Assembly (NCBI GenBank): GCA_963708295.1
Contig: CAVPSJ010000017.1
Span: 480,001 to 544,000 of the forward strand
Reading direction: 5' to 3'
Source of the DNA: an uncultured delta proteobacterium
Lineage (GTDB): Bacteria; Desulfobacterota; BSN033; UBA1163
DNA: 64,000 nt
In this document: positions 63,667 to 64,000 of the stretch, one piece after another
Layout: each line of letters begins with the position of its first letter
How positions within the stretch are numbered: position 1 is the stretch's first letter
Notes under the pieces: model-generated
What the model was told of the DNA's origin: nothing
The model's database searches: none
Seen by the model: only the letters and a program-made list of their open reading frames with translations
Program-made: the position numbers and the translations under genes

Positions 63667-64000
63667 ATGTTACTGAAAAGATCAAGTGGCCATCGTGACC
63701 GGCGGAACGAAAGGGATTGGAAGGGCGATCTGTCTCCTCTTGGCCGAACAAGGGGCAAAGGTCATCGCCAATTTCTCCAAGGATGGTGATGCGGCAGAAA
63801 ACCTGAAGAAGGAAGCCAAATCCAGGGGGCTGGACCTCGGTTTGTATAAAGCGGATGTGACCCAATTCGATCAGGTAAAAGCGATGGTGGAGGAGACCGC
63901 GGCTCAATACGGAAAGATTGACATCCTGGTCAACAATGCGGGCCTTGTGAGGGACAACTTTCTCATGCTGATGAGCGATGAGGATTGGGAATCTCTTGTC
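63667..64000 (+). CDS. fabG: 3-oxoacyl-ACP reductase-like SDR, 5' part (indel just after the start; runs off the window)
   Basis: After the shift reads DQVAIVTGGTKGIGRAI...KADVT...GKIDILVNNAGLVRDNFLMLMSDEDW. Confidence 0.82.

Overview
Bacterial DNA, by gene style and intergenic repeats most likely an anaerobic Desulfobacterota/deltaproteobacterium (inference). 1-47 kb is a large acyl-CoA catabolic region. It has three Liv-type ABC importers each paired with CoA ligases, three acyl-CoA dehydrogenases, two thiolases, a FadB-like enzyme, S- and R-specific hydratases, two 4-hydroxybutyryl-CoA dehydratase-family enzymes, and TetR and MerR regulators. 47.5-58 kb is housekeeping: tRNA-Val(CAC), yebC-ruvC-ruvA-ruvB, a PAS kinase with a sigma54 regulator, ppiD and an acyl-CoA dehydrogenase. 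58.5-64 kb begins an unusual lipid cluster: a ketosynthase lacking its catalytic triad, two B12-binding radical SAM enzymes and fabG. Main observations: (1) an integrase-free 1.8-kb island at 38.0-39.9 kb holds two toxin-antitoxin pairs bounded by integron attC sites, one apparently recombined into the end of a palindromic repeat; (2) intergenic spaces hold a nested hierarchy of REP/MITE elements, including IS481-like miniature elements inserted into REP stems and one palindrome in frame inside a gene. At least 14 genes, including yebC, are split by single indels, most likely long-read assembly errors.
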